64,000 nt of DNA, taken from NCBI GenBank assembly GCA_016873615.1, contig VGWX01000001.1:53734-117733 (forward strand), written 5' to 3'. The translations under genes were made by a program, and so were the position numbers. Origin of the DNA: Nitrospira sp. Lineage in GTDB: Bacteria > Nitrospirota > Thermodesulfovibrionia > Thermodesulfovibrionales > SM23-35. Positions within the stretch are counted from its first letter, which is position 1; each line of letters opens with the position of its first letter. This document shows, piece after piece, positions 9,240 to 17,012 of this stretch. The notes beneath the pieces are model-generated. The model ran no database searches and had not been told where the DNA came from. It saw only the letters and a list, made by a program, of their open reading frames with translations.

Positions 9240-10391
9240 GTGATATATTTGACACCAAGGGAAATAGATGAATTAGATGAAGAAAAATTAAGAACTTTTC
9301 TTCAGAAAAAATATAGAGAAAATAGATTTCTCGACTATAAATTAAAATACGAGAAACGCAATGATGAAGAAACAAAAGAGGAATTTCTTGCTGATGTAAC
9401 TGCGTTTGCAAATTATTATGGAGGAAATATAATCGTTGGCGTAAACGAACTTGAAGAAGAAGGAGCAAGTTCTCAACCGGGGGAGTTGGAGGGAATAAAT
9501 GATGGAAAAATTTTGGCTGAAAGGTTTAGTAATTTATGCGAAACTTCTATTGACCCCATAATTCCCGGGTTGATTATTAAGGAAATACCTCTTAAAAATG
9601 TAAGATGGGCAATTGTTGTTTATATTCCCCCCAGTCTCAGAAAGCCTCATATGGTTAATTTTAACCGTAAGAGAGAATTTTATATAAAACGTGATGACAG
9701 GAAGGGCAAGATGACAGCAGATGAAGTAAAAAGAACGGTTTTAGAAGTAATAAATCTTCAAAATGATATGAACTCATACATTAAAATGGTGGAAGAAGAA
9801 ATTATTGAGGACTTCATAGGTTATGACTTTGCCCTTATAATGCATTCTGTTCCGTATTTGCTTGAAGAAGGTCAGATTGACACATCATCTGAAATGATTA
9901 AATCAGCTTTGTATAACAATTCTTTGTTTATTAACTACAGCATAGATATTAGAACATCCTACTCCATAGCCAATATTCATGGTATTGTTGGACAAGATTC
10001 CTATCACGATCCTTTTATTCAAAGTTATATTCACCGAACAGGTTATATTGGGCTGGCAATTAATTTTCAAAAAAGATTTGCCATAACTGGAATAAAAGAT
10101 AAAATAATTTATCCTTCTAAAAACGATTTTTTATCTTTTTTAAGGCTTTCTGAACTTATTATTGAAAGGGCGCAGATAGCGCAGCTTTATCAAGTACGCA
10201 GTAGTTTTATAAATGCAAAGGGAGCGGTTTGCAGATGTGAAAGGATAGGCGGTTTTGAACGCCAATCAAATATTGTTTGGAAGCGTGATCGCATCAACCT
10301 GCCAGGTGTAAGACTTGATTCATTTCAAGATATTGATAAAGTTGCAGAATTATTTTTTAAGAGACTAAAAAATGCTTTTGGAATGGAATAA
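9240..10391 (+). CDS. Schlafen/AlbA_2 (divergent AAA) domain protein with uncharacterised about 200-aa C-terminal domain
   Basis: 383 aa. The N-terminal half matches the AlbA_2 pattern (FLDYKLKY..., ADVTAFANYYGGNIIVGVNE, VVYIPPSLRKPHMV, FYIKRDDRKGKMTADEV). I see no HTH or catalytic motif in the C-terminal half. The GTG start is uncertain and has no clear SD. Confidence 0.6.
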   Translation: MIYLTPREIDELDEEKLRTFLQKKYRENRFLDYKLKYEKRNDEETKEEFLADVTAFANYYGGNIIVGVNELEEEGASSQPGELEGINDGKILAERFSNLCETSIDPIIPGLIIKEIPLKNVRWAIVVYIPPSLRKPHMVNFNRKREFYIKRDDRKGKMTADEVKRTVLEVINLQNDMNSYIKMVEEEIIEDFIGYDFALIMHSVPYLLEEGQIDTSSEMIKSALYNNSLFINYSIDIRTSYSIANIHGIVGQDSYHDPFIQSYIHRTGYIGLAINFQKRFAITGIKDKIIYPSKNDFLSFLRLSELIIERAQIAQLYQVRSSFINAKGAVCRCERIGGFERQSNIVWKRDRINLPGVRLDSFQDIDKVAELFFKRLKNAFGME

Positions 10392-10456
10392 TTTAAATAA
10401 AATTTAAGCCCGCTACAATCAGCAGCGAGATGGAATGATTAACAAGAGGCTATATA

Positions 10457-11731
10457 ATGGCATCTATTAATGGAGATTGGTTTCATTCAAGGAGCAGTTC
10501 GAATCTTGAAGAATTATTGACAGTCAGGACATTGGTTCTTGAAAGTCAAAAATCTGAATATATTGGTTTTGGCTGGTCTGGGGGCAGGCTAAGAAATCAA
10601 AAAATGTATAAATTTGCTGCAGCAGCCGATATTCAGCCATCCACAATGCAAACTAAAATTCGTGCAATGATTCGTTACGGCTTTATTAAAGATGGTACTC
10701 AATGCCCGCTTGTCTGGACAAGAATGGGAAGTCTTTGGAATGACCTTTACACAGTGGGTAATTACGGTGCAGCCCAAAAAGTTTATGAATTAACTCTAAC
10801 AATTTCACTTGCGATTTATGCTTTTAATAATACACAGGCTCAATACAGCATAAATCCGGCAAATGGTGAAATGCCTTTGAGGTTCTTGTTAAATATTCTT
10901 GATACTCAGAATTCTATTTCTCTTCAAGAATTTGAAGCATTAGTTGACGGCAATACTCAAAGGGTAGGAGACAACGCTTCGTACTGGAAAAGAGATCTTA
11001 TAAATTCAGGGCTGTTTAAAGATGTACAAGGCGGATTATTTTATACAGGTAAGTATCCAGATTTTATTCGGGAAATTAAGAGTTTCGAGCCAAGTCCATT
11101 TTTAAACGATGCGGACTGGCAATCAATAAGAGAAAATCCACTAATTGAAATTTCACCATTCAGAAACTCAATTCGTTCAATTTTTGAAGCAATAACACAA
11201 GAACAAAATATAGAGGAACAAATTACCGATGAAATTTTCACAGCGCCATTGGTTAATGCCGTTGCAGAACAGGAAGAAATTCAAATGCCAGAGATTGACA
11301 TTTTAAGCAGTGATTTGAGGTTTTCACAAAGCACGCGAAGGATAAGGAATGCGGCATGGGCTATAAGAATAAAAAAGAAATATAATTACATATGTGCTAT
11401 CCCGAATTGTGATGTTATAGGACAAATCTTTGTTGAAGCTGCGCACATTAAGCCCGATAATGCACCGGATAGCAATATTCCACACAGGGCACATATCTTA
11501 AATGGACTATGTTTATGCAGGCATTGTCATATCGCTTTTGACAAAGGTTATTTCTCACTTACTGATACGCATAAAATCATTACATCAACAAGATTTAATG
11601 ATATACCTAACCAGAATCTCAAAACTGCCATAATTTCAAGTGCAAACATTCAAATCAAGAATAGAATGGATAGCAGGTTGCCATTAGTTGAATTTATTCA
11701 GTATCACAGGAGTAACAGATTTAAAGGTTAA
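10457..11731 (+). CDS. HNH-family nuclease, putative restriction endonuclease (large N-terminal recognition domain plus C-terminal HNH)
   Basis: 424 aa with AAGAGG SD upstream. The C-terminus YNYICAIPNCDV...VEAAHIKP...HRAHILNGLCLCRHCHIAFDKGYFSL is the HNH (HNH_2-type) signature. It sits immediately upstream of two DNA methyltransferases. Confidence 0.7.
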   Translation: MASINGDWFHSRSSSNLEELLTVRTLVLESQKSEYIGFGWSGGRLRNQKMYKFAAAADIQPSTMQTKIRAMIRYGFIKDGTQCPLVWTRMGSLWNDLYTVGNYGAAQKVYELTLTISLAIYAFNNTQAQYSINPANGEMPLRFLLNILDTQNSISLQEFEALVDGNTQRVGDNASYWKRDLINSGLFKDVQGGLFYTGKYPDFIREIKSFEPSPFLNDADWQSIRENPLIEISPFRNSIRSIFEAITQEQNIEEQITDEIFTAPLVNAVAEQEEIQMPEIDILSSDLRFSQSTRRIRNAAWAIRIKKKYNYICAIPNCDVIGQIFVEAAHIKPDNAPDSNIPHRAHILNGLCLCRHCHIAFDKGYFSLTDTHKIITSTRFNDIPNQNLKTAIISSANIQIKNRMDSRLPLVEFIQYHRSNRFKG

Positions 11732-11739
11732 GACATAAA

Positions 11740-13176
11740 ATGGGACATACTGACTTAACATATAAAGTATTATTTGATGAATTTGAAGTAGCCAGCATAG
11801 TTGCTGAACCAACATTAAATTACACCCTTTTTGAGGCTGAATTTAAAAATTCGCAAGCGGAGCAGATAAAAATATTTAATAAACTCGAACAGACTCTCCC
11901 GTTTTATAATGGCGAGTCTTTCAGAAATCAAGTACATTTTCAATTTGCTTACCAAACACCAGTCCAGAGATGGTTTCCTTATCGTGAAGGTTACTCCATA
12001 AAACTTGTAAATGCTTTTATCAAAGAGTTAAAAATTAAAGGAAATACTTTTGACCCATTCTCAGGAAGTGGAACCACCCTTCTGGCTTCACGCATGGCTG
12101 ATTTAAATTCATTTGGAATTGATGTAAATCCTGTTTCTGTCTTAGCTGCTAACGTTGAAAATGAACAATACACGCCAGAGGATATTATTCAAGTTGAAGA
12201 AGAATCAAAAAAGCTGACGAACATTGAAAAATCTAAGGAGATTTTTCAGACCTCTTTTGATCTGGCTAATAAAGTATTTAATCAAGATATTTTACAGGCA
12301 CTTCTTCAATTTAAACAACATATAAAAGCTATTCAGCATGAGAAAACTAAAGAGGTACTCTTTGTTGCATGGCTTTCAATAATTGAAGATGTTTCAAACA
12401 TTAAGAAAGAAGGCAACGGAATCAAATACAAAAATCGCAAGAGAACTCCCAATGGTTATATAAACATTGAAAAAGAAAGATGGGAAAATGAAAAATTTCC
12501 TGATAATAAATTTAGCTTTGTAAAAACAAAACTCTCTAATCGTATTGAAATAATTTTATCTGACTTGAAATTTGCTTATGGTAAATGTGATAAAAAACCA
12601 AACATCTATAAGGGCAATTGCTTAGACTTTGAAAAGTTCTTTTCAGATGAAATTGAATTAACTTTCTTTTCACCTCCTTACTGTAACTGCTTTGACTATT
12701 TTGAGATACATAAGGTTGAGCTTTGGCTTGGAGAGTTTGTTTCTGACAAAGAAGAATTCAGAAAATTGCGAAACACTGGTTTTCGTTCAAATACGAATTC
12801 GTTAAATCATAAGCCAATAATTTATAAGAATGAATACCTTGAAAATCTTATAAGCTTTTTTGAACCTCAAAAACTTTGGAATAATAATATTCCGAATGTT
12901 GCAAGAGGTTATTTTGATGATATCTACACTCTCTTAAATAAACTCTACCAACAAACAACTAAAAATGGTTATATAGGAATTGTTGTTGGCAATTCTGCTT
13001 ATTCAGGTGTAATTATTCCAACAGATAGTTTAATTGCTGAAATTGCAAGAGAAATAGGCTTTAAAGTAAAAAGCATCTTTGTTACAAGGCATTTAACTAC
13101 AAGCTCTCAACAAAAACAGGAATTGGATTATCTGAAAAACTATTTAAGAGAGAGTATTGTATTACTTGAAAGATAA
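11740..13176 (+). CDS. DNA methyltransferase (N6-adenine or N4-cytosine), motif I before motif IV
   Basis: 478 aa. It has FDPFSGSGTT (SAM motif I, about residue 105) and FFSPPYCNCFDY (catalytic motif IV, about residue 310). It lies 8 nt after the HNH gene. Confidence 0.75.
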   Translation: MGHTDLTYKVLFDEFEVASIVAEPTLNYTLFEAEFKNSQAEQIKIFNKLEQTLPFYNGESFRNQVHFQFAYQTPVQRWFPYREGYSIKLVNAFIKELKIKGNTFDPFSGSGTTLLASRMADLNSFGIDVNPVSVLAANVENEQYTPEDIIQVEEESKKLTNIEKSKEIFQTSFDLANKVFNQDILQALLQFKQHIKAIQHEKTKEVLFVAWLSIIEDVSNIKKEGNGIKYKNRKRTPNGYINIEKERWENEKFPDNKFSFVKTKLSNRIEIILSDLKFAYGKCDKKPNIYKGNCLDFEKFFSDEIELTFFSPPYCNCFDYFEIHKVELWLGEFVSDKEEFRKLRNTGFRSNTNSLNHKPIIYKNEYLENLISFFEPQKLWNNNIPNVARGYFDDIYTLLNKLYQQTTKNGYIGIVVGNSAYSGVIIPTDSLIAEIAREIGFKVKSIFVTRHLTTSSQQKQELDYLKNYLRESIVLLER

Positions 13177-13181
13177 TTAGA

Positions 13182-14498
13182 ATGCATGATTACCTTTTTG
13201 TAAAAGAAGTCATACCGGCTGAAATTAAGCAAGATTCAATTTTGAATATACGCACAAATAATGTAACTGCCTATACACACGGTTTTCATAAATATCCGGC
13301 TAAATTCATTCCGCATATCCCAAAATGGGCAATCAATAAATATTTGGCAGGACAAAAAAACAAAACTATATTAGACCCATTCTGTGGTTCAGGCACAACT
13401 TTAGCAGAAGGAATTTTAGCAGGACATAATGTAATTGGTATTGACATAGATCCTTTATCATGTCTGATCGCGAAAGTCAAAACCACGAATGTTAATACTG
13501 CAGAGCTAAACAAAGTTTCAAACTGGCTTGCAAAAGGAGTTAAAAAGAAAAAAAGAGGAGAGTTTAAGCCGGAATGCGAAACGATTGGACATTGGTTTCC
13601 TAAAGAAACAATAAACAAGCTTTCAATAATACGGACTCTCATTAATCAGATTCCTGAAAGATTTGGCAATAATAAAAGCATTAAAGATATTCAGCATCTT
13701 TTAATTATATGTTTTTCATCTATAATACGGCGTGTTTCTTATGCAGATAATGAGTCGCAAAAAACTTATGTTTCACACACTCACATTAAAACCCCTGAAG
13801 AACCATTGAGTCTTTTTCTTTTACAACTTGATTTGTTCAAGGAGAGAATTGCTAAGTTCCCTGAAAACATTCCTAAACTTAGAAATCGGATTATTTGTTC
13901 ATCAAGTACAGAATCGTTAAAAGTAAAACTGAAAGGACAACATATAAATTTAGCAATCACTTCGCCACCCTATATCAAAGCTATAGATTATATTTACAAT
14001 CAGATGGTTGAATTATTTTGGATTGGAGATTTATTTGGCATACAAACACAGTCAAAACAGAATGAAAAGAAAAAAGAATACATTGGGACAAAACATTTTC
14101 ATAAAAAAGAGTTTGTAAAATATACACCGTTTGAAACAACTATAGGAATTAAAAAACTGGACAATAAGATTCAAAAGGTATTTAAAACAGACAAGATAAA
14201 CGGGCATAAACATGCCTACATTACATTCAAATATTTTGTGGGTATGGAAAACCACTTTGCAGAAATATCAAAATGCTTAGACAAAGGCAGGCATTATATA
14301 ATGGTAGTCGGCGACAGTTCAGTAAGCAACATTTTCTTTTATACTGCTAACTTTTTGACGGAAATTGCGGAGCGAAATGGTTTTAGAATAACCAACAAGT
14401 GGGGCTACAAAATCAAGAATCGTTATATGAGATTTGACAGAAATGGACGAGGTGGAATAATTGATATTGATTGGGTTTTAGATTTAGTTAGAGTATAA
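13182..14498 (+). CDS. DNA methyltransferase (N6-adenine or N4-cytosine), paralog of the preceding gene
   Basis: 438 aa with LDPFCGSGTT (about residue 65) and ITSPPYIKAIDY (about residue 262). The C-terminal block HYIMVVGDSS...FLTEIAERNGFRI parallels YIGIVVGNSA...LIAEIAREIGFKV of the upstream enzyme. The gap between them is 5 nt. Confidence 0.75.
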   Translation: MHDYLFVKEVIPAEIKQDSILNIRTNNVTAYTHGFHKYPAKFIPHIPKWAINKYLAGQKNKTILDPFCGSGTTLAEGILAGHNVIGIDIDPLSCLIAKVKTTNVNTAELNKVSNWLAKGVKKKKRGEFKPECETIGHWFPKETINKLSIIRTLINQIPERFGNNKSIKDIQHLLIICFSSIIRRVSYADNESQKTYVSHTHIKTPEEPLSLFLLQLDLFKERIAKFPENIPKLRNRIICSSSTESLKVKLKGQHINLAITSPPYIKAIDYIYNQMVELFWIGDLFGIQTQSKQNEKKKEYIGTKHFHKKEFVKYTPFETTIGIKKLDNKIQKVFKTDKINGHKHAYITFKYFVGMENHFAEISKCLDKGRHYIMVVGDSSVSNIFFYTANFLTEIAERNGFRITNKWGYKIKNRYMRFDRNGRGGIIDIDWVLDLVRV

Positions 14499-14583
14499 AT
14501 TTTGAAAAGAATAGCAAGTAGGGTCTTGAAACATCAGTTTTTTATTCTGCCTGTTGAACACATCACCTTAAAAGGAGTGTGCT

Positions 14584-15306
14584 ATGAATAACAAAGGATT
14601 GTCGGAAGTCTTGCAGTCCTCTTCACTGCTTGGTCAGGTCGTAGGCGCAGAGAAACTCTTTCTCTCGGGCCGCCGGAAACGGGGAGAAGATCTCGAGAGC
14701 GCGGTGAGATTCTTTCTCGAGTTCCTGCACGGCTTTGAGAGTTTTGATTTTGATGGTCCATGTGTAACGGTTTTTGGATCAGCGCGCTTTCAGGAAAGAC
14801 ATCGCTACTACGAACTGGCGCGCGAACTTGGACGTGCGCTCGCCAATGCAGGCTATGCTGTCATGACAGGAGGCGGACCAGGCATCATGGAAGCTGCAAA
14901 CCGCGGCGCCAAAGAAGGCGGGGGCTTAAGCCTCGGCTGCAATATCAAGCTACCATTTGAACAGAAACCAAATCCATACCTCGACAAGTTCATCGAATTT
15001 GAGCACTTTTTCGTGCGCAAGGTGATGCTTGTAAAATACTCCACTGCATTCGTCGTGATGCCGGGCGGGTTTGGCACGCTTGATGAGGCTTTCGAAGTGA
15101 TTACGCTCGCTCAGACCGGAAAACTTGAGCGATTTCCAGTCGTAGGCATGGTCAGGGAATTTTGGGACCATCTCCGCCGGTTCATGAACGACACCATGCT
15201 GGCTGAGGGCACCATAAGCAGCGAGGACATGGATTTGATCCACGGAGCAAACACGGTTGAGGATGCCATTCGCATTATCCGGGGGCTCTCGCGCGGAAAC
15301 TTTTAA
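14584..15306 (+). CDS. LOG-family (TIGR00730) Rossmann-fold nucleotide-binding protein
   Basis: 240 aa with GGGPGIMEA and PGGFGTLDE motifs. AAAGGAG SD is present. It is markedly more GC-rich than the cassette to its left. Confidence 0.85.
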   Translation: MNNKGLSEVLQSSSLLGQVVGAEKLFLSGRRKRGEDLESAVRFFLEFLHGFESFDFDGPCVTVFGSARFQERHRYYELARELGRALANAGYAVMTGGGPGIMEAANRGAKEGGGLSLGCNIKLPFEQKPNPYLDKFIEFEHFFVRKVMLVKYSTAFVVMPGGFGTLDEAFEVITLAQTGKLERFPVVGMVREFWDHLRRFMNDTMLAEGTISSEDMDLIHGANTVEDAIRIIRGLSRGNF

Positions 15307-15324
15307 TCTAAAAAAAATGCAATT

Positions 15325-15513
15325 AACCACAGAGAACACGGAGAAATATTTTGATAATAAAAGAGAACTTATCAGTTTTTACAATTTCCTCTGTACACTA
15401 TTTTATATAGGATTGAATCTTAATTGTTTTTAAAATATACATGAGGACACAGAGAATTGCTTGAAACTAAAAGTCTTTTAAAAGTTTAAAATACCTCTGT
15501 GAACTCTGTGGTT
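15325..15513. repeat. two tandem MITE/REP-like inverted-repeat units (CACAGAG / CTCTGTG family)
   Basis: aaccacagagaacacggag (15325-15343) pairs with cctctgtacac (about 15388-15398). gaggacacagagaa (15444-15457) pairs with cctctgtgaactctgtggtt (15494-15513). Confidence 0.55.
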
Positions 15514-15565
15514 TTATCTAAAGGCATTTTTGAGTTCATAAAAAGATATTGCAGGGCAATTACTT

Positions 15566-15994
15566 ATGAATAAGGATAGTAAAATTTTCCCGCGCAAGAC
15601 ACTTGATTCCCTCCATCTATCCAAAGAAGAGAGGGAGAAAATTATGGAAATCGCACTTGAGCGGATGGTCATGATCAATGGCAAGGCATATGGATTGGAG
15701 GATGATGCAGAGCCGGATGTAGTAGTCGATTGTGCATCGATAACTGCAACATGCAAGGCTTTCTGCTGCGCTTATGCCTTTGCCCTGACTCAAGAGGAAG
15801 CTAAAAAAGAGTTTTACAAGTACAATGCTGAAAAGCCCTTTTACATTGCCCGGGACACTGATGGATACTGCCCGTATCTCGACCGCACAACCTTTAAATG
15901 CGGCATCCATGATAAACGTCCATTGCGATGCAGGAAATATGCCTGCCCTCAGGCTAAGAAGCTATATAGTTTATGTAAGCAAGCAAAATGGTAG
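15566..15994 (+). CDS. YkgJ-family cysteine-cluster (putative Fe-S/Zn) protein
   Basis: 142 aa with Cys pattern CKAFCC...GYCPYLD...KCGIHDKRPLRCRKYAC, typical of the CxxCxxCC/UPF0153 family. Confidence 0.7.
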   Translation: MNKDSKIFPRKTLDSLHLSKEEREKIMEIALERMVMINGKAYGLEDDAEPDVVVDCASITATCKAFCCAYAFALTQEEAKKEFYKYNAEKPFYIARDTDGYCPYLDRTTFKCGIHDKRPLRCRKYACPQAKKLYSLCKQAKW

Positions 15995-16046
15995 TCGCAG
16001 CAACGTGTCTATACCCTGAGACGGCCTATATAGAAATTCTTGTTTT

Positions 16047-16232
16047 TTAGACCAGCTTCTTTACAGCCTTTGCCTGCTTGGCAACCGTTTTCTTCACAAC
16101 CTTTACCTGCTTGGCAACTGTTTTCTTTACATCCTTTACTTTTTTGGCAACATCTTTCTTTACGCTTTTTACCTGCTTGGCAACCTTTTTCTCAACTTTC
16201 TTCACCTTCTTGGCAATTGTCTTAATTTTCAT
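16047..16232 (-). CDS. small lysine-rich protein made of five 11-residue repeats (histone H1-like / amphipathic-helix type)
   Basis: 61 aa. The repeats are TIAKKVKKVEK, KVAKQVKSVKK, DVAKKVKDVKK, TVAKQVKVVKK and TVAKQAKAVKK (33-nt DNA period). AGAGG SD lies before the ATG and a candidate promoter lies upstream. Confidence 0.6.
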   Translation of the reverse strand: MKIKTIAKKVKKVEKKVAKQVKSVKKDVAKKVKDVKKTVAKQVKVVKKTVAKQAKAVKKLV

Positions 16233-16298
16233 CTTTACCTCTTTCTATAAAGTATTTACATCTTCATGATGTAACTGAAATCTTTTGCACGTTGAATC

Positions 16299-16327
16299 AT
16301 CCTACCAGACATCCCCCCTATTGTCAA
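16299..16327 (-). promoter_or_regulatory. candidate promoter of the lysine-rich gene
   Basis: On the minus strand: TTGACA (16327-16322), 17 nt spacer, TAGGAT (16304-16299). Direct repeats tcatcatcatgactgc (16328-16343 and 16346-16364) lie just upstream of the -35. Confidence 0.35.
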
Positions 16328-16385
16328 TCATCATCATGACTGCTGTCATCATCATCATGACTGCATAATCATACTATTGTTTATC

Positions 16386-16637
16386 TTATCGGGAATCATC
16401 TGCCCCTTTGCTGCCTTTTGCCTCATTCAGTTTCTCCAATACCTGCGTAAACGCTGCAAACAATTCATCAGACAATCTCTGCACCTTCTCCATTCTCTCT
16501 ATAGCCTTGAGAATAAGGCTGTGCAAATCATCCTCTGAAACAGATGCATCCAAAAGCTCCAGCGTTCCCTTAACAGTTGTTATGTGCTCACCTATTTTGT
16601 CTGATATTTCTTTTAATCTATTATTAATCTCTGACAT
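16386..16637 (-). CDS. hypothetical helical protein (83 aa), weakly HisKA/DHp-like
   Basis: IGEHITTVKGTLELL resembles a histidine-kinase H-box helix. There is no other domain. Confidence 0.4.
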   Translation of the reverse strand: MSEINNRLKEISDKIGEHITTVKGTLELLDASVSEDDLHSLILKAIERMEKVQRLSDELFAAFTQVLEKLNEAKGSKGADDSR

Positions 16638-16754
16638 TTACTTCTCCCTCTCAATTTGATTTAAACAAAACATAAATAGAAAATAAAAACCTTAAAATAA
16701 TTATATACGAAATCCCTTCAACTGCGTACCGGCAGCAGTTCGTGGTATTATATT

Positions 16755-17009
16755 ATGTTGCAAAAAAATACTTATCCTATGAAAAAGTCACATTATCTCA
16801 TATGGCTTGGAATCTCTGCTGCTGCAGGGACTTTCCTTGGCATGCTTGCTGAACGGAAACATCCTGCAAAAGGCAGTCTCTTCGGCGCAGCTGCAGGCGT
16901 TGTTGCAGGTTCTGTTGTCGCAGGTGTTTATCAGTACGTTACCACAGGAGAAAAGGTTCCGTATTATTCCAAGTCGTCTGCCTTTTACGATGAACTCAAT
17001 ACGCTCTGA
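16755..17009 (+). CDS. small membrane protein with glycine-zipper segment
   Basis: 84 aa (or 76 aa from MKKSHY at 16779). It has hydrophobic Gly/Ala-rich segments (GISAAAGTFLG, GAAAGVVAGSVVAG). Its stop is 3 nt before the radical SAM gene. Confidence 0.45.
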   Translation: MLQKNTYPMKKSHYLIWLGISAAAGTFLGMLAERKHPAKGSLFGAAAGVVAGSVVAGVYQYVTTGEKVPYYSKSSAFYDELNTL

Positions 17010-17012
17010 ACT

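Noticed and set aside
9142-9468. 108-aa minus-strand ORF in the AT-rich cassette
   Set aside because: The product is Leu/Phe/Ser-rich low complexity. It overlaps the 5' end of the AlbA_2 gene. AT-rich DNA readily yields such frames.
14584-15306. LOG-family gene as part of the defence cassette (SLOG/LOG domains occur in conflict systems)
   Set aside because: It has a canonical TIGR00730-type PGGxGTxxE enzyme motif, a very different (GC-rich) composition from the cassette, its own SD, and an 85-nt gap from the cassette. I treat it as a flanking housekeeping gene.
16040-16269. Two plus-strand ORFs (61 and 63 aa) with striking internal repeats (LPAWQPFS..., FFT.FTCLAT...)
   Set aside because: They are the antisense reading of the 33-nt coding repeats of the lysine-rich gene. 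That gene has the SD and the promoter. The repeat periodicity alone keeps the antisense frames open.
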